The position numbers were made by a program, and so were the translations under genes. This document shows positions 28,206-38,089 of a DNA stretch of 64,000 nt, piece by piece. The notes under the pieces were generated by a model. It saw only the letters and a program-made list of their open reading frames with translations. It was not told the origin of the DNA and searched no databases. The stretch lies in the NCBI GenBank assembly GCA_023662865.1, contig JAMPIK010000009.1:3791-67790 (forward strand), in the 5' to 3' direction. Numbering within the stretch: position 1 is the first letter of the stretch; each line of letters opens with the position of its first letter. Source of the stretch: Prevotella sp. Lineage in GTDB: Bacteria; Bacteroidota; Bacteroidia; Bacteroidales; Muribaculaceae.

Positions 28206-29648
28206 TCAAAGTATGGGTGCAAACAGTCGGATAACGGACTCTCCGAAGCGCAGCGCACGCGGACGTTGCAACCATGTGTTGAGGGTCAGTTTATAGCTGT
28301 GCTGAATGTCTTTGAAAAATTGATCTTTAAGCTCATGGCTCACTCGCGAGTCGTAGATTAACATATTTCCCTCAAAATTATGTTCGAAGCTGCGGAAATC
28401 AAAGTTAGTGGAGCCGATTGAGCAGAACTCGTTGTCAATAATCAGTGTTTTGGCGTGCAGCATACCCGGATTGTACAGATATACCTTGATGCCGGCTTGC
28501 AGACACTCCGTGATATAAGAGAATGAAGCATAACGCAGCATCATGGAGTCCGGTGTTGCCGGGAGCATTACCCTCACATCAATGCGCGTGAGTGCCGCCG
28601 TCTGAAGAGCCTTGAGCAGAGCATCGGTAGGCAGAAAGTAGGGCGTTTGGATATATACGCACTTGCGCGCACTCAATATTGCGCGTTGGAAAAGGTAAGC
28701 AATTGCGGGCCAATGGTCTGTCGGGCCGCTGGTGATGAATTGCGCCGGCAGTTTCACTTCCGGTGCCGGCTCGGTGAGCATAGTCTCGATAGGCTTGATA
28801 TCTGTATGGTGCTTGAGGAAATTCCAATCTACGGCAAATGAATAAATCATGCCTCCCACCACCGGCCCTTCCACACGCAAATGTGTGTCACGCCAACTCT
28901 CGCCCTCATTGAGGCCGCGCACATAGCGGTCGGCAATATTCATGCCGCCGACATATCCTATGGTGTCATCAATAATCACAACCTTGCGGTGGTTACGCCA
29001 GTTTATGCGGTTGGCCAGTAGTTTAAAGGTCACTCGGAAGAAGGGGTGAGCCTCAACCCCGGCTTGGCGCATACGTTCGAAAAATTTGTTGCGGGTTGAG
29101 AATGAGCCGACATGGTCGTATATCACACGCACTTTCACACCCTCTTGCGCCTTTTTGATAAGAATGTCGGCTATTTCGCGTCCCAAATTATCATCGGCAA
29201 ATATGTAATATTGCAGATAAATGCTTCTTCGAGCGTGAGTTAAATCTCGTTTAAGGGCTTCGAACTTTCCTTTTCCCTCGGTGAAGATTTCCATGGAGGT
29301 GGCATAAGAGAGGGGAGTGGCTCCAAGCGAAGAGGCGAGCTTGGTGAGCAATCGGGAATTAGCCTGAAGTTTGTCGGGGGAATATGTGGCCGCAGGGGTG
29401 TGTTGTTTGCTCAACAGCTTGCGCTTGTTGTGGCGCGAAATCATGCGTTTGTTCTTCAAACTGCGACCGAAGAATAAATAAAAAATGAGACCGACAATAG
29501 GCAGGAAAACAAGTGCGATGACCCAGGCCAACGACTTAATGGGGTTGCGTTTTTCAGATAACACCACGGCAATACAGCTCACAATTGTGGCTGCATAAAT
29601 CAAAAAAAGCACCGGGTATATCCAGGGTTGAACGTAGCTTGTCCACAT
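28206..29648 (-). CDS. cls: Cardiolipin synthase
   Basis: Two TM helices plus PLDc_N (LFFGR), two HKD motifs (RNHRKVVIID, LHAKTLIID); start set at ATG 29648 (MWTSY). Confidence 0.95.
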   Translation of the reverse strand: MWTSYVQPWIYPVLFLIYAATIVSCIAVVLSEKRNPIKSLAWVIALVFLPIVGLIFYLFFGRSLKNKRMISRHNKRKLLSKQHTPAATYSPDKLQANSRLLTKLASSLGATPLSYATSMEIFTEGKGKFEALKRDLTHARRSIYLQYYIFADDNLGREIADILIKKAQEGVKVRVIYDHVGSFSTRNKFFERMRQAGVEAHPFFRVTFKLLANRINWRNHRKVVIIDDTIGYVGGMNIADRYVRGLNEGESWRDTHLRVEGPVVGGMIYSFAVDWNFLKHHTDIKPIETMLTEPAPEVKLPAQFITSGPTDHWPAIAYLFQRAILSARKCVYIQTPYFLPTDALLKALQTAALTRIDVRVMLPATPDSMMLRYASFSYITECLQAGIKVYLYNPGMLHAKTLIIDNEFCSIGSTNFDFRSFEHNFEGNMLIYDSRVSHELKDQFFKDIQHSYKLTLNTWLQRPRALRFGESVIRLFAPIL

Positions 29649-29759
29649 AATGCCGCAATTTACAACATATTTCCGATACTTCCAAAAAAGATAGCTGTAA
29701 TTTACGCTTAACTGCCCCAATATTAGCATATTGGTTGCACATTGGTTGAAGATTTGTGC

Positions 29760-29809
29760 AAAAAAAGGAGAACGGATAAGCAATTTCACAATTACCTATC
29801 CGCTCCTTT
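29760..29809 (-). terminator. Strong intrinsic terminator in the cls 5' region
   Basis: AAGGAGCGGATAGGTAATT-GTGA-AATTGCTTATCCGTTCTCCTT followed by a U tract. Confidence 0.85.
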
Positions 29810-29877
29810 AGCATAACTAAATAAATTCTTACATGCTAGGTCCATAGTGCTTGCGTACTATGTTCAATTATCCGTTG

Positions 29878-29908
29878 CAAAATTAATATTTTGTAGAGAG
29901 TTAACAAA
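29878..29908 (-). promoter_or_regulatory. Sigma-A promoter about 230 nt upstream of the cls ATG
   Basis: TTTG (29905-29908), 19 nt, TAATTTTG (29878-29885). Confidence 0.75.
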
Positions 29909-29958
29909 ATTTGGTTATGTTAAAGTATGTTAATATAGCTGTAACAGGTATTCATCCC

Positions 29959-31173
29959 TTACCTTTTGTAAGTTTGAGCTACGGCGAAGATAGCCTCAAA
30001 GATGCGCCGATCATTATCTGTGAGGGAAATGCCCCGGCGTATCATGGCTCTTTCAGCTATATCAAAAAATTTGGTGAGGACTACATCTTTAAACCCGGCA
30101 GTGGGGCTTCCCTCCGAGAATGAGGGAATGAACGGACGTGGAAATCCGGCTCCGTGAATGTTGCAACCCACTCCCACCACGGTGGCTGTGTTGAACATAC
30201 AATTGATGCCGGCCTTGGAGTGGTCACCCATTATTAAGCCGCAAAATTGCAAATCAGTGCGCATAAATGAGCGCTTGGGATAATTCCACAGTCTGATTTT
30301 TGAATAATCGTTTTTGAGATTGGAGGCATTCGTGCCGGCACCGATATTGCACCATTCGCCTATAACGGCGTTGCCCAGATAACCGTCGTGTGCCTTGTTT
30401 GAATATCCGAAAATCACAACGTTGTTGAGCTCACCGCCAACTTTTACATAGGGACCCAATGTGGTGTCGGCATACACTTTCGCGCCCATATTTATTTGGG
30501 CGTGTTCGCAAAGAGCCAATGGGCCGCGCACACAGCTTCCCTCAAGGATTGATGCATCTTTACCTATATAAATGGGACCTCCGGTAACATTGAGTGTAGC
30601 CCCCATTATGACAGCCCCTTCTTCTATAAATAATGAGGGAGTGCCGTCGGGTAGAGTAGCCGGCCCGATAAGCAGGTTGCCTTCAGGCAGGGACATGCTT
30701 TTTCTTCCGTTGGTAAGCCGTTTATAGTCAGACACAATGGCCGCACTGTTGTTGCGGAAAATGTCATACAGATAATGCAGCGGAGTACATTCTCCTTGAA
30801 AAGTGATTGTGGCCGGTTTAAATTTCTCTTCTATAAGTTCTTCAAACTTAGCCATAGTTCCCCGGAAAGCTATATACTCCCCGTTCGGCAGGATTATTGC
30901 TTCGTTTTCATTGAGGGAGAGAATGGCTTTGGCCAAATCGGGCGAAGGCAATGTGTTTGCGGCAACAAACAGGTTGTCTTTTATCGGCTTGGGTTGAAAC
31001 TTGTCACGCAGATACGGAGCTGTATAAACGCTGTATGAACCCGGCAAACAGCTTTGCCATTTTTCAGCAATTGTGGTGATACCCACTCTGAAATCGCTCA
31101 CCGGTCTGGTAAACGAGAGTGGAAGCATATCGGCATGCACTGCCGCCGAGTCATAAAGTATTATATTCTTCAT
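29959..31173 (-). CDS. GlmU-like putative sugar nucleotidyl/acyltransferase
   Basis: MLPLSFTRPVSDFRVGITTIAEKW N-domain, hexapeptide repeats, SNKAHDGYLGNAVIGEWCNIGAGT. Confidence 0.85.
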   Translation of the reverse strand: MKNIILYDSAAVHADMLPLSFTRPVSDFRVGITTIAEKWQSCLPGSYSVYTAPYLRDKFQPKPIKDNLFVAANTLPSPDLAKAILSLNENEAIILPNGEYIAFRGTMAKFEELIEEKFKPATITFQGECTPLHYLYDIFRNNSAAIVSDYKRLTNGRKSMSLPEGNLLIGPATLPDGTPSLFIEEGAVIMGATLNVTGGPIYIGKDASILEGSCVRGPLALCEHAQINMGAKVYADTTLGPYVKVGGELNNVVIFGYSNKAHDGYLGNAVIGEWCNIGAGTNASNLKNDYSKIRLWNYPKRSFMRTDLQFCGLIMGDHSKAGINCMFNTATVVGVGCNIHGAGFPRPFIPSFSEGSPTAGFKDVVLTKFFDIAERAMIRRGISLTDNDRRIFEAIFAVAQTYKR

Positions 31174-31227
31174 GGTATATAATATGAAGGAAATGAGTCA
31201 GAATTGCTCAACTTTCCAAGATGTGTG

Positions 31228-31259
31228 CAAAGTTACCACGCTGAAATTGTTTTTACAAA
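31228..31259 (-). promoter_or_regulatory. Promoter of the glmU-like gene
   Basis: TTTG (31256-31259), 20 nt, TAACTTTG (31228-31235). Confidence 0.8.
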
Positions 31260-31410
31260 ATTTTATGCTCAATTAACTTTTGTTAACATTTTACCTATCT
31301 GACCGGATTATTCTATTTAAACAATTGATATATAGTGCAATGTTAAATCCTTTGCAAAACAATTCCGACTCTGGAAATCATTTTCCAAAAAAAATCTCGA
31401 AATTTTGTTG

Positions 31411-31418
31411 TATCTTTG
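31411..31418 (+). promoter_or_regulatory. -7 box of the dnaN operon promoter
   Basis: TATCTTTG 57 nt before the dnaN ATG; no clear -33 box. Confidence 0.6.
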
Positions 31419-31474
31419 TGGTGAAATTGCCCGTATAGTGGGCATGGAATATGTAATAAAAGTGCACTATATAT

Positions 31475-32623
31475 ATGAAATTTAATGTCTCAAGCAAAGC
31501 GCTGGCCACTCAGCTTTCGGCTGTAAGTAAGGTCATTAACAGTAAAAACGCGCTGTCTATTCTGGATAATTTCCTATTTTCGCTGCAAGGCAACACACTG
31601 AGCGTAACCGGCTCGGATCAGGAGAATGTGATGACTGCAACTCTGGAAGTTTTCGATGTTGAGGGTGAGGGTTCCGTTGCTGTACCCAGCAAGCGTATAT
31701 TGGATATGCTCAAAGAGGTACCCGGTCAGCCGCTTACATTTTATGTGAACGATGAAAACAAGGAGATTGATATTCGTTTCCTTAACGGTCATTTCAACTT
31801 TATGGGAATAGATGGCAACGAGTTTCCCATTCAAGATGAAACACGCGAAGATGCCAAGAGAATAACTCTGCCTGTAGAAGTGGTGCGTCGAGGCCTTGAG
31901 ACAACTCTGTTTGCCGTCGGCACAGAGACGATTCGTCCTATTATGACCGGTGTGTACTGGGATATTTGCCCGGAAGTAGAGGAAGGAAAGACTCTTCACG
32001 GCATTACTTTTGTAGGAACCGACACGCATAAACTGGTGCGTTACATTAACACGTCTGTAAATCCGGCTTTGACTTTCTCTTTCATACTCCCCCCTAAACC
32101 GGCAAACATTTTGCGCGGACTCATTGCCAAAGAGGAAGGCGAAATGGACATTGAGATGGACGAGAAGAGTGCAAAATTCACAATGGGAGACTTTACTCTC
32201 TCATGCCGCTTTATCAACGGACGTTATCCGAACTACAATCGTGTAATACCGGAGAACAACCCCTTCGAACTTACCATTGACCGTGTGAGTCTGCTCAATG
32301 CCATGCGCCGTGTGGCTCTGTTTGCAAGCGCCTCTTCCTCTCTTGTGAGAATGAACATTCGCCCCAATGAGGTGCTCCTCGCGGCTCAAGACCTTGATTA
32401 CACGCTCTCGGCCGAGGAACGCGTGGAGTGTGAATATCAGGGCAATGCAATGACAATAGGTTTCAACGCAACTTACATGATTGAGGTGCTAACAAATATC
32501 GTCGCCGATACCGTAGTGATAAAACTCTCCGACCCGGCACGCCCCGGTATTTTCGTACCACTCACCAATCTGGAAGGTGAAGATTTACTCATGCTTCTCA
32601 TGCCTATGCAGGTAATGGAATAA
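31475..32623 (+). CDS. dnaN: DNA polymerase III beta clamp
   Basis: GTDTHKL, GRYPNY, IGFNATY, LLMPM. Confidence 0.98.
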   Translation: MKFNVSSKALATQLSAVSKVINSKNALSILDNFLFSLQGNTLSVTGSDQENVMTATLEVFDVEGEGSVAVPSKRILDMLKEVPGQPLTFYVNDENKEIDIRFLNGHFNFMGIDGNEFPIQDETREDAKRITLPVEVVRRGLETTLFAVGTETIRPIMTGVYWDICPEVEEGKTLHGITFVGTDTHKLVRYINTSVNPALTFSFILPPKPANILRGLIAKEEGEMDIEMDEKSAKFTMGDFTLSCRFINGRYPNYNRVIPENNPFELTIDRVSLLNAMRRVALFASASSSLVRMNIRPNEVLLAAQDLDYTLSAEERVECEYQGNAMTIGFNATYMIEVLTNIVADTVVIKLSDPARPGIFVPLTNLEGEDLLMLLMPMQVME

Positions 32624-32651
32624 GACATACTCTAATTCCCGCCCCCGACTT

Positions 32652-33440
32652 ATGAAACTAAATCTTGACAGGCCGCTGGTGTTTTTCGATTTGGAAACCA
32701 CCGGTGTTAATATCCATACCGACCGGATAATAGAGATTTCATGTGTGAAAGTCTTGCCCGATGGTACTCACCGCGAGTATACGCAAAGACTCAATCCGGA
32801 GAGGCCGATACCCGCCTCATCTACCGCCGTACACCATATCACCGATGAAATGGTGAAGGACGCTCCGACATTCGCCGACATTGCCGATAAGTTGATGATG
32901 TCTTTCGAAGGTTGCGATATAGCCGGCTTCAACTCCAATAAGTTTGATATTCCGTTGTTGATGAAGGAGTTTGAACGCGTAGGCAAGCAATTCTCTCTGA
33001 AAGGACGCAGACTTATTGATGTGCAGACCATTTATCACAAAATGGAGCAACGCACTTTGAGCGCGGCTTATCGTTATTACTGCAACAAAGAATTGCAGAA
33101 CGCCCATTCGGCAACAGCTGATACAATGGCTACGTACGAAGTGCTGATGGCTCAGCTTGATATGTATCCCGAAACCGATACTTTCGGCAACGATATGGAA
33201 AAGTTGGCTCGCTTCTCCGTTCAGGGTGGAAACGTTGACCTTTCCGGCAGGCTGTCGCGCAATGATGCCGATGAAATCGTCTTCAACTTCGGCAAGCATA
33301 AAGGCAAACCCGTTGAGGAGGTGTTCCGCAAAGAGCCGTCATATTACAGCTGGATTATGCAAGGAGACTTTGCCAAGGATATGAAGGATATTGTAACTCA
33401 AATATTTGTTAAGGCAAATCCCAAAAAGAGGCCGTCATGA
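32652..33440 (+). CDS. DnaQ-like DEDDh 3'-5' exonuclease
   Basis: FFDLETTG, GFNSNKFD, AHSATADT; C-terminal FNFGKHKG. Confidence 0.92.
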   Translation: MKLNLDRPLVFFDLETTGVNIHTDRIIEISCVKVLPDGTHREYTQRLNPERPIPASSTAVHHITDEMVKDAPTFADIADKLMMSFEGCDIAGFNSNKFDIPLLMKEFERVGKQFSLKGRRLIDVQTIYHKMEQRTLSAAYRYYCNKELQNAHSATADTMATYEVLMAQLDMYPETDTFGNDMEKLARFSVQGGNVDLSGRLSRNDADEIVFNFGKHKGKPVEEVFRKEPSYYSWIMQGDFAKDMKDIVTQIFVKANPKKRPS

Positions 33441-34639
33441 CAAGTGTATTAAACGGCAGGCATATTGTACTCGGCATAAGCGGAGGCATTGCGGCATATA
33501 AAAGTGTATATCTGCTGCGCCTTCTTCGCAAAGCCGGAGCTGAGGTGCAAGTGGTAATCACCCCGTCCGGGAAAGAATTCATCACTCCGGTTACACTTTC
33601 CGCACTGAGCGGCAACCCCGTAATCAGCGAATTTTTCACCGCAAATACCGGCGAGTGGCATTCGCATGTAGATTTGGGGCTGTGGGCCGATGCGATGATA
33701 GTGGCGCCCGCCACAGCCTCCACAATTGCGAAAATGGCTAACGGTGTGGCAGATAATATGCTGATTACCACATATCTGTCTGCAAAGGAACATGTATTCG
33801 CAGCTCCGACTATGGACTTGGATATGTACGCCCACCCCTCTACTCAACGTAATCTGGCTACTCTCAAAGCCGATGGCGTAACAATAATAGAGCCGGCGAG
33901 CGGATACCTTGCGTCCGGTCTTGAAGGCAAAGGCCGCATGGAAGAGCCGGAAGGAATTCTCAGAGCCGTGGAGGAATATTTCAGCCGCGCTCAGTCGCTG
34001 AAAGGTGAAAAAATCTTAATAACGGCCGGCCCCACGTATGAAAACATCGACCCCGTGCGTTTTATAGGTAACTATTCTTCGGGAAAGATGGGTTATGCTC
34101 TCGCCTCGAAGGCAGCGGCTCGCGGTGCGGAGGTAGTGCTTGTGAGCGGTCCGGTTTCACTTTCTTGTCCGCAAGGAGTAAGACGAATTGAGGTGACTTC
34201 CGCACAGCAAATGCTTGAAGCTTGTGAAAGGGAATTCTCGGGTGTCAATGTCGCCGTTATGTGTGCCGCTGTTGCTGACTATCGTCCGGCGCAGTGTGCC
34301 GACTCCAAACTCAAAAGAGAGAAAGCGCAGACGCTTTCGCTCGAATTGGTGAGCAACCCTGACATTGCCGCTACACTCGGTGCGCAAAAGAAGCCCGGCC
34401 AAAAGCTGATTGGTTTCGCGCTCGAAACAGACAACGAGTTGCAAAATGCTTTGGCCAAAGCGCGCCGGAAAAATCTCGATTGGATAGTGCTTAATTCTCT
34501 GCAAGACCCCGAGGCCGGTTTTGGGAAAGATACGAACAAAGTCACAATGATTAAGTCTGACACTGCGCAGACAATCCCTTTCCCGGCAAAATCCAAATCC
34601 GAGGTGGCCGCTGATATTTTAGACATTGTTTTTAAATGA
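33437..34639 (+). CDS. coaBC: Bifunctional phosphopantothenoylcysteine decarboxylase/ligase
   Basis: GISGGIAAYK, APATA, GKGRM, TAGPT.E.IDPVRFIGNYSSGKMG, AAVADY. Confidence 0.97.
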   Translation: MTSVLNGRHIVLGISGGIAAYKSVYLLRLLRKAGAEVQVVITPSGKEFITPVTLSALSGNPVISEFFTANTGEWHSHVDLGLWADAMIVAPATASTIAKMANGVADNMLITTYLSAKEHVFAAPTMDLDMYAHPSTQRNLATLKADGVTIIEPASGYLASGLEGKGRMEEPEGILRAVEEYFSRAQSLKGEKILITAGPTYENIDPVRFIGNYSSGKMGYALASKAAARGAEVVLVSGPVSLSCPQGVRRIEVTSAQQMLEACEREFSGVNVAVMCAAVADYRPAQCADSKLKREKAQTLSLELVSNPDIAATLGAQKKPGQKLIGFALETDNELQNALAKARRKNLDWIVLNSLQDPEAGFGKDTNKVTMIKSDTAQTIPFPAKSKSEVAADILDIVFK

Positions 34640-35553
34640 AAATGTTGAAAAGTTACATATTTGCTTTTTTCGCTTGTATTGCAGGCTGTTTTGCCCTTTG
34701 CGCTCAAGAACTCAATTGCACGGTGGAGATAAACTCATCAAAGATTGAGGGCACGGACAAAAGTCCGTTCGAGGAATTGCAAGAGGCTATTACCGAATAC
34801 ATCAACACTCGCAAATGGACCAACACGCAAGTTGCCGTGAATGAAAAAATCGAGTGTCGTATGTTCTTCACCATAAGCAAATATGAAGACGAAAAGTTTA
34901 CAGGCGACCTGCAGGTGCAGCTCTCACGCCCGGTTTACAATTCAACATACACCACCCCCTTGCTGAACTTCAAGGATACCAAAATTGAATTCACCCACCG
35001 GCGAGGCGAACCCCTGAATTTCAACGATGCTGCATGGGAGGACAACCTTACCGGGATTTTAAACTATTACGCTTATCTGTTCCTTGCAATTGACTTTGAC
35101 TCCTTCTCCCCGCTTGGCGGACAGCCTTATTTTGACAAAGTTGCATCAATAGTACAAATGGCTCAGAGCAGCGGCGAAACCGGTTGGCGTGCTTTCGAAG
35201 ATACGAAAAACAGAAGTGCCGTGCTTTCCTCCTATACCGATGCCGCCACTTCCGGCATACGCGAGCTTATATATATATATCACCGTAAAGGCCTTGACGA
35301 AATGGTGACAAGCCCCGACAAGGGACGCGCCGCAATCACGGAGTCTCTCCAAAAGTTGCAGCAGATACATAAGGCCGCTCCAATGAGTGTAGCTCTTTCG
35401 ATATTCAAAGATACCAAGCTCGACGAGCTTGTGAATGTCTACTCTCAGGCTCCGGAGAGCGAGCGCACGGATGTTTATAACCTGCTTAAAGAAATTTATC
35501 CGACAGAAACGGAACGTTTGGAGAAAATCCGAAACCCCGAGCCTGTTAGATAA
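34636..35553 (+). CDS. DUF4835 family protein (T9SS component PorD-like)
   Basis: Signal peptide then QELNCTVEIN; RPVYNSTYTTPLLNFKD. Confidence 0.8.
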   Translation: MKMLKSYIFAFFACIAGCFALCAQELNCTVEINSSKIEGTDKSPFEELQEAITEYINTRKWTNTQVAVNEKIECRMFFTISKYEDEKFTGDLQVQLSRPVYNSTYTTPLLNFKDTKIEFTHRRGEPLNFNDAAWEDNLTGILNYYAYLFLAIDFDSFSPLGGQPYFDKVASIVQMAQSSGETGWRAFEDTKNRSAVLSSYTDAATSGIRELIYIYHRKGLDEMVTSPDKGRAAITESLQKLQQIHKAAPMSVALSIFKDTKLDELVNVYSQAPESERTDVYNLLKEIYPTETERLEKIRNPEPVR

Positions 35554-35564
35554 TCTGAAATAGA

Positions 35565-37256
35565 ATGCTTAAAAGACTGTATATCAGTAATTATGCGCTG
35601 ATAGAGCAATTGGATATACCTCTTAGCTCCGGCTTGACAATAATCACGGGTGAAACCGGAGCCGGAAAGTCTATTTTGCTTGGTGCATTATCCTTGTTGC
35701 TCGGTGCGCGTTCCGATATAAAGAAAGCTCGCAACCCGGAGCAAAAGATTATAGTCGAGGGCACTTTTGATGCCGTCGGCTTTGGCTTGCAAGAGTTGTT
35801 TGCCGAAAATTCGCTCGATTGGGACGATGAATTGATTTTGCGCCGCGAGGTGTCGGCGTCCGGGCGATCCCGGGCTTTTGTCAATGACACACCGGTGACC
35901 ACCACATTCCTTGCCCAAGTCGCTTCTCGCCTCGTTGATATTCATTCCCAACATCAGAACCTGCTTATCGGCTCACGCAATTTTCAAATCTCCGTACTCG
36001 ATGCTTTATCTGACAATGATGCGCAGAGGGAGGCATACACGGTATGTTTCAGAGAATATGTGGAGATGCGCAAGATTCTCGAGTCCAAACGCTCAATGCT
36101 GACTCGCAGCCGTGAGAACGAAGAGTTTTTGCGTTTCCGACTTGAGCAATTACGCAAACTGAAACCGCGGCCCGGCGAGCAAAAAGAACTTGAGCGCCGT
36201 CAGGAGATACTCGCAGACTCCGCATCTCTTTCCGAAACAATCAGTTCGGCCTCCGCACTCTTGAATGTAGGAGACAACTCTGTCCTTTCGCGTTTGCATG
36301 AAGTGAAGTCTCTCATGCAAGGGGTCAACTTCTCTTTGTTTGCTGAAGAAGACTCCGATTCGCAAAGCTTCCTGCCGGCCCGTCTGGAGAGTGCGCTTAT
36401 CGAACTCACCGACATATCGGAGACTCTTACTGACTATCTTGATAAGGTAGATACTGACCCTCGCTTATTAAATAAGGTGGAAGAGCGGCTCTCCTCTTTG
36501 TATGAAGCCTCGCGTCGTTTCAAAGTGTCTGATGCCGATGAGTTGATCACCTTGCTTGAAGAAATGGAACAAGAGTATGCCGCAATAACGGGGGGCGAGA
36601 CCGACATTTCAGAACTTGAAACCCGGGTAAAAGAAAAAGGAAAGCAGCTCAAAAAGCTTGCCGATGACCTGTCGCAAACGCGCCGAGCGACTGCCGAATT
36701 GTTTGCCTCAAAGCTGATTGAAGTCGCCGCGCCGTTGGGTATGCACAATTTGAAATTCTCCATAATCCTTTCCGCCGGTAAGCTTACCGCCTCCGGTCAG
36801 GATCAACCCTCCTTTCAATGTGCCTTCAACAAAAATCAGCCGCTGCTCCCGGTTGAGAAAATTGCTTCCGGCGGTGAAATTGCGCGCCTTATGCTCTGCC
36901 TGAAAGCCATAGTGGCCTCACGCATGAACCTGCCCACAGTGATTTTCGATGAGGTGGACACCGGCGTCAGTGGCGATATTGCAGCGCGAATGGCATTGCT
37001 CATGCGCGAAATATCCGCCAATATTCAAGTGCTGGCGATAACTCACTTGCCCCAGATTGCAGCTGCCGGAGATGCTCATCTCATGGTGTATAAGCAAGAT
37101 TCCGCCGAGGCCACGCATACACATATCCGCGAGCTGAGCCAGGACGAAAGAGTAGGGGAGACGGCTCGCATGCTCGCGGGTACAACGGTTGATGAGGCTG
37201 CTCTCACCAATGCCCGTTCCCTTATTGAACAATATAAAGATTTTGGAAAATGCTGA
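35565..37256 (+). CDS. recN: DNA repair protein RecN
   Basis: GETGAGKS, ASGGEIARLML, FDEVDTGVSG, ITHLPQIAA. Confidence 0.97.
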   Translation: MLKRLYISNYALIEQLDIPLSSGLTIITGETGAGKSILLGALSLLLGARSDIKKARNPEQKIIVEGTFDAVGFGLQELFAENSLDWDDELILRREVSASGRSRAFVNDTPVTTTFLAQVASRLVDIHSQHQNLLIGSRNFQISVLDALSDNDAQREAYTVCFREYVEMRKILESKRSMLTRSRENEEFLRFRLEQLRKLKPRPGEQKELERRQEILADSASLSETISSASALLNVGDNSVLSRLHEVKSLMQGVNFSLFAEEDSDSQSFLPARLESALIELTDISETLTDYLDKVDTDPRLLNKVEERLSSLYEASRRFKVSDADELITLLEEMEQEYAAITGGETDISELETRVKEKGKQLKKLADDLSQTRRATAELFASKLIEVAAPLGMHNLKFSIILSAGKLTASGQDQPSFQCAFNKNQPLLPVEKIASGGEIARLMLCLKAIVASRMNLPTVIFDEVDTGVSGDIAARMALLMREISANIQVLAITHLPQIAAAGDAHLMVYKQDSAEATHTHIRELSQDERVGETARMLAGTTVDEAALTNARSLIEQYKDFGKC

Positions 37257-38011
37257 ACAAATCGGAATACATATTTGGCCTGCGGGCCGTAATCGAAGCA
37301 ATAGATGCCGGAAAAGAGATTGATAAAGTACTCTTGCGAAAAGACCTTGCCGGCGGTGAGTTGAGCCGCGAGCTCCAAGAGAAAATCCGCGAGCGCGGAA
37401 TTGTAGTGCAGCGGGTACCGGTTGAGAAGCTGAACCGTATCACTATGAAGAACCATCAAGGGGTAATTGCTCTGCTCTCAATGGTTAATTATTATTCACT
37501 CTCCCAACTTGTGCCGACTCTCTACGAAGAGGGGTCGCTCCCGTTTATATTGCTGCTCGACGGCATAACCGACACCCGCAACTTCGGGGCAATAGCGCGT
37601 ACCGCCGAATGTGCCGGAGTAGATGCAATTGTTATTCCGGAAAGACACAGTGTCAGTGTAAACGCCGATGCTGTCAAAACCAGTGCCGGAGCTTTGCTGC
37701 ATATCCCGGTGTGTCGCGAGCATTCAATAGCATCAGCGGTACGTTTTCTCAAAGACTCCGGCTTGACGGTTGTCGGCGCTACCGAGAAGGGTGCCGATGA
37801 ATATACCAATGTAGATTATACCGCCCCGGTGGCAATCGTAATGGGGGCGGAAGACACCGGCATAAGTGCCGAAGTGCTTAAACAATGCGATTGCCGAGCT
37901 GCCATACCCATTATCGGTGCCATAGGTTCGCTCAATGTCTCGGTAGCCGCCGGTGTAATGCTCTACGAATCTGTACGCCAACGCCTCGCTTCCGGTTTGT
38001 CTCATTCTTGA
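37250..38011 (+). CDS. rlmB: 23S rRNA (guanosine-2'-O)-methyltransferase, SpoU/TrmH family
   Basis: NHQGV, RNFGAIAR, GAEDTG, SLNVSVAAG. Confidence 0.9.
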   Translation: MLNKSEYIFGLRAVIEAIDAGKEIDKVLLRKDLAGGELSRELQEKIRERGIVVQRVPVEKLNRITMKNHQGVIALLSMVNYYSLSQLVPTLYEEGSLPFILLLDGITDTRNFGAIARTAECAGVDAIVIPERHSVSVNADAVKTSAGALLHIPVCREHSIASAVRFLKDSGLTVVGATEKGADEYTNVDYTAPVAIVMGAEDTGISAEVLKQCDCRAAIPIIGAIGSLNVSVAAGVMLYESVRQRLASGLSHS

Positions 38012-38031
38012 CTGTGCATGAAAAAGTGAAA

Positions 38032-38062
38032 TTTGTTGTTTCAAAGTTTTTTCGTAACTTTG
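38032..38062 (+). promoter_or_regulatory. nusB operon promoter
   Basis: TTTG (38032-38035), 19 nt, TAACTTTG (38055-38062). Confidence 0.85.
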
Positions 38063-38089
38063 CACTTCAATAGCAATAGAGCAATAACA

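Noticed and set aside
31236-31410. AT-rich region upstream of dnaN as oriC
   Set aside because: No TTATCCACA-type DnaA boxes were seen and dnaA is absent; two divergent promoters explain the region.
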